Source of the DNA: Vicugna vicugna
Taxonomy: Eukaryota
Assembly (NCBI GenBank): GCA_013265495.1
Contig: MU063892.1
Span: 7,225,308-7,289,307, forward strand
Length of the DNA stretch: 64,000 bases
Direction of reading: 5' to 3'
In this document: positions 61,300 to 64,000 of the stretch, piece after piece
Position numbering within the stretch: the stretch's first letter is position 1
Layout of the letters: each line of letters begins with the position of its first letter
Made by a program: the position numbers and the translations under genes
Notes under the pieces: generated by a model
Database searches by the model: none
What the model was told of the DNA's origin: nothing
Seen by the model: only the letters and a program-made list of their open reading frames with translations

Positions 61300-61975
61300 A
61301 CCTGCAGCGGGACTCATCACCCTGTCACCCACACGGTTCCTGCTCCACAGTTCCCGGCTCAGAAGATGGTACCACCCATCACCTGTTTGCCTGAACCAGA
61401 CTCATGGGTGTCCCTCTCCTCCCAAAGTCTCCCCCCACCACAATTAATCATCACATCTTGCAGATCCCACCTCCTACACAACATGAGAACCTTTCATCTC
61501 TCCCAATCCTTGCTGCCTCCACCCTAGTCCACGGCACCCACACCTCTTCCCAGGGTGACAGCAACAGCCTTCTAACTGCTCCCTGCCTCTCACCTTGCCA
61601 GCCGCTACGCTATTCTCGTCACTGAGGCCAGTGTGAGCTTTCTACAACAAACATCTAACACGCAGCTCCCAGCGGCCTAGGATGCAGGTCAGACTCCTTA
61701 CACAGCCTCCCTGGCTCTGAACCCTCTTCCAGCCTCGTCTCATGCTTCGATACCCTTCCACAGGCCTCCACTCACACTGGTCTGCCTTAAGGTCCTCACC
61801 TAGAGTGATCCTTCCTAGATCCCAACTCCTACTCCTTGCCTCAGAAACTTTCCTAATGTCCCTGATTAGACCCTCCCAGGAGGTGCCCTCACTGGGCCTT
61901 CTGTCACAAATGTCATCTTCTCATTATATATTGTTCATACTTGGTTGGTGTCTGTCTTTCTTCCAATAGTCCTCC
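61300..61975 (+). mobile_element. L2 fragment
   Basis: CACCCTAGTCCACGGCACC, GCAACAGCCTTCTAACTG, GCCAGTGTGAGCTTTCTA. Confidence 0.65.
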
Positions 61976-62089
61976 CACCACACTACACTATTAGCTTGGT
62001 GGGGATGAGAATGATGTTGGCTGATGAACCACAAAGTGGAGGACATCTGAGACTTTGCCTGGCCAGCTTCTAGATGCTCTTCATCATCA

Positions 62090-62540
62090 CTTGAGGAACC
62101 ACCCTTCCTTCCCTCACTCCCAAACCAGGTGATTCACACGGAACTGACCCATCTCCCACTCCAGGGATGGTCATGTGATCCAGGCCTCAGCCAATCACTT
62201 TATCCCGTCCTATTGTCTTCAGTGACTGAGAAAGGCACATAATCCAGCTTGAACCAGTAAGACTCAGACCCAGGAATATTGTTGAAATGATCGAGGGAGT
62301 CAAACTCAGGCCCTCACCCTGGCACTTACGGCAGATGTCTGCCATCGCTAAGGGAGTGAGCCAACACATAAGCCAGCAGAGCAAAGAGACAGAGTGGGTG
62401 AGGCCATTTCTTGGTGATATTGCTCAAGGTCCTGAATCTAGCTATGCCTAAAGGCTGCTCTCCTAAATTCAATCAATTCCACTTCCTGGCTGAAGCTAAT
62501 TTGAATTGGGTTCTTGTCACTTGCAACTGGAAGATTCTTG
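62090..62540. mobile_element. Older MLT1 LTR fragment
   Basis: GGTCATGTGATCCAGGCCTCAGCCAATC ... GCTAATTTGAATTGGGTTCTTGTCACTTGCAAC. Confidence 0.6.
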
Positions 62541-63279
62541 ACTAATGTGTACTGTTTTAACTGGAACTTGGCACATACTGGCATACAATAGGCACTCTGA
62601 AATTACTTTTTTCATTCATGAAGTTACTCAATAAACATTCAGCAGTGAGAAGGTGACCAGGTCTGCTCTATAGGAAGAGTCATCTTGGCCGCTGTTTGGA
62701 GAGGTGACTAAAGGGACAGGAGTAGGAACAGGGAGATGCACCAGGAGACCGTGCAGTAGTCCCAGGGACAGAGATGAGGCCTGAAGAGGGTAGCTGAACA
62801 GAGGGGAAGGTAGGGAAAAGGACGGAAGGAAAGATTCCCCACTCTAAATTCACTGGGGAAACCTCTGATGATCATGGTTCCTCTCTGGTCCTTGGTTTCC
62901 CAGTCTGTTTTAGCTCCACCATTCTAGCATCCTCTGTTTTTGCCCACTGGTTATAGAGTCCCTAGCTGTCAACACTCAAATTTTCACTGAAGGGTATTGA
63001 GGTTAGGGTCAAGGTCAGGTCTGGGGGTTGGATCTGACAGACAGGGATAGTGTAGCAGTTAAGAACACAGGTTCTGGAGACAGATGCCCGAGTTTGGATC
63101 ATGACCTACACTACCTAGCTGTGAAACCTTGTACAATCTACTTAACCTCTCTGTTCCTTTGTTTCTTCATCCACAAAATGGGGAGAATAGCAATAGTGCT
63201 GAGCAGATTACACACTATAGCACAAGGAAAGCGCATTAGATAAATATGAGGTGGTATTATTATTTGTAGTAGGAAATCC

Positions 63280-64000
63280 AGAAAGAGGAAATTTTAAAAC
63301 ACTGAAGATAAATTATTCCAAAAACTAATAGAAAATGTCCCTGAACTAAGGGAAGACTTGGGTCTTCAGACTGAAAGGGCTTACCTAGTTAGTATCAGGA
63401 AAAATTACCAAAAGAGAATAAACAACTTGAAATAAGCTGGTGAAATCGCTAAATTCCAAAGACTAGAAAGAGAAAATCCTACTTGTTTACATAAAGAAAC
63501 TTTAGACTCACTAGACTGTACACCAGAAACTAATACAACATTGTAAATTAACTATACTTCAATTTTTTAAGAGTTTAAAAAAAAAACTTCAGAGACTCAA
63601 GTGAATAGCATGCTTCTTACAGCACCAAATGCTGGGACAACAGAGCACTTTTCGGGTTTCTGGGGAGAAGGACTATTAGCCTAGAATTCTCTACACAGGC
63701 AAAGGATGACTCAAACATGAGGGCAAATATTTTCAGATTTACAAAGACCAAGAAAGTATGCTACCCCAGATCCTTTCTGAAAAAATTACTCAAGAAAGCT
63801 CTCCAGACCAAAATGAATCAAAATCAAGAGGTCAAAAACAAAAATAGTACTAAAAATTAAATTTAAGAAAAAAGAAGTCAAGAATAAGACGCTGTGGGAC
63901 ACAAGAGACTGGCAAGCAATGAAGGCAGAAACATTTATATACTTAACTATGGATAACATAATTGACAAGTTAAATGCAATTTTAAGTAAATGATTCTTAA
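63280..64000 (+). mobile_element. Old L1M ORF1/inter-ORF remnant, truncated by the window edge
   Basis: A-rich ORF1-like segments (GAAAATGTCCCTGAAC, CTTCAGACTGAAAGGGC, GCCTAGAATTCTCTAC). Confidence 0.65.

Noticed and set aside
39000-64000. Search for upstream RGS3 C2/PDZ/PH-like coding exons
   Set aside because: None recognised by eye on the minus strand. They probably lie beyond the window; tBLASTn with full-length RGS3 would confirm this.

Overview
Mammalian genomic DNA, probably camelid (inferred from two vic-1-like tRNA-derived SINEs; no Alu, Bov-A/BovB or PRE1 was recognised). The only supportable protein-coding gene is the 3' half of RGS3 on the minus strand. Six coding exons (38973-38005, 30335-30271, 26756-26655, 26275-26214, 25619-25453, 24757-24572) splice in frame with canonical GT-AG sites into a 516-aa protein. 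It matches the long RGS3 isoform as I recall it, with Pro-rich hexapeptide repeats, an acidic tract, a 14-3-3 site and an R4-family RGS domain. An alternative first coding exon (26916-26855) gives the 192-aa short isoform. The 3'UTR ends near an AATAAA at 23825-23820. The C2/PDZ-encoding upstream exons were not found and presumably lie beyond base 64000. Bases 1-23.8 kb are intergenic. The rest is intron with L1, L2, MIR, MLT1, MER5A, MER20, microsatellites and one 180-N gap. I found no prokaryotic, viral or CRISPR content and no convincing wholly new system. The best leads concern RGS3 isoform control and one unexplained duplication: three candidate internal promoters, an open 119-codon extension of the short isoform whose ATG sits inside an RFX X-box, a CTCF arrangement that could insulate the short-isoform promoter, a candidate uORF-bearing 5'UTR exon, and a ~97-bp local duplication. 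Repeat boundaries are approximate, and comparisons with human RGS3 are from memory and need checking.
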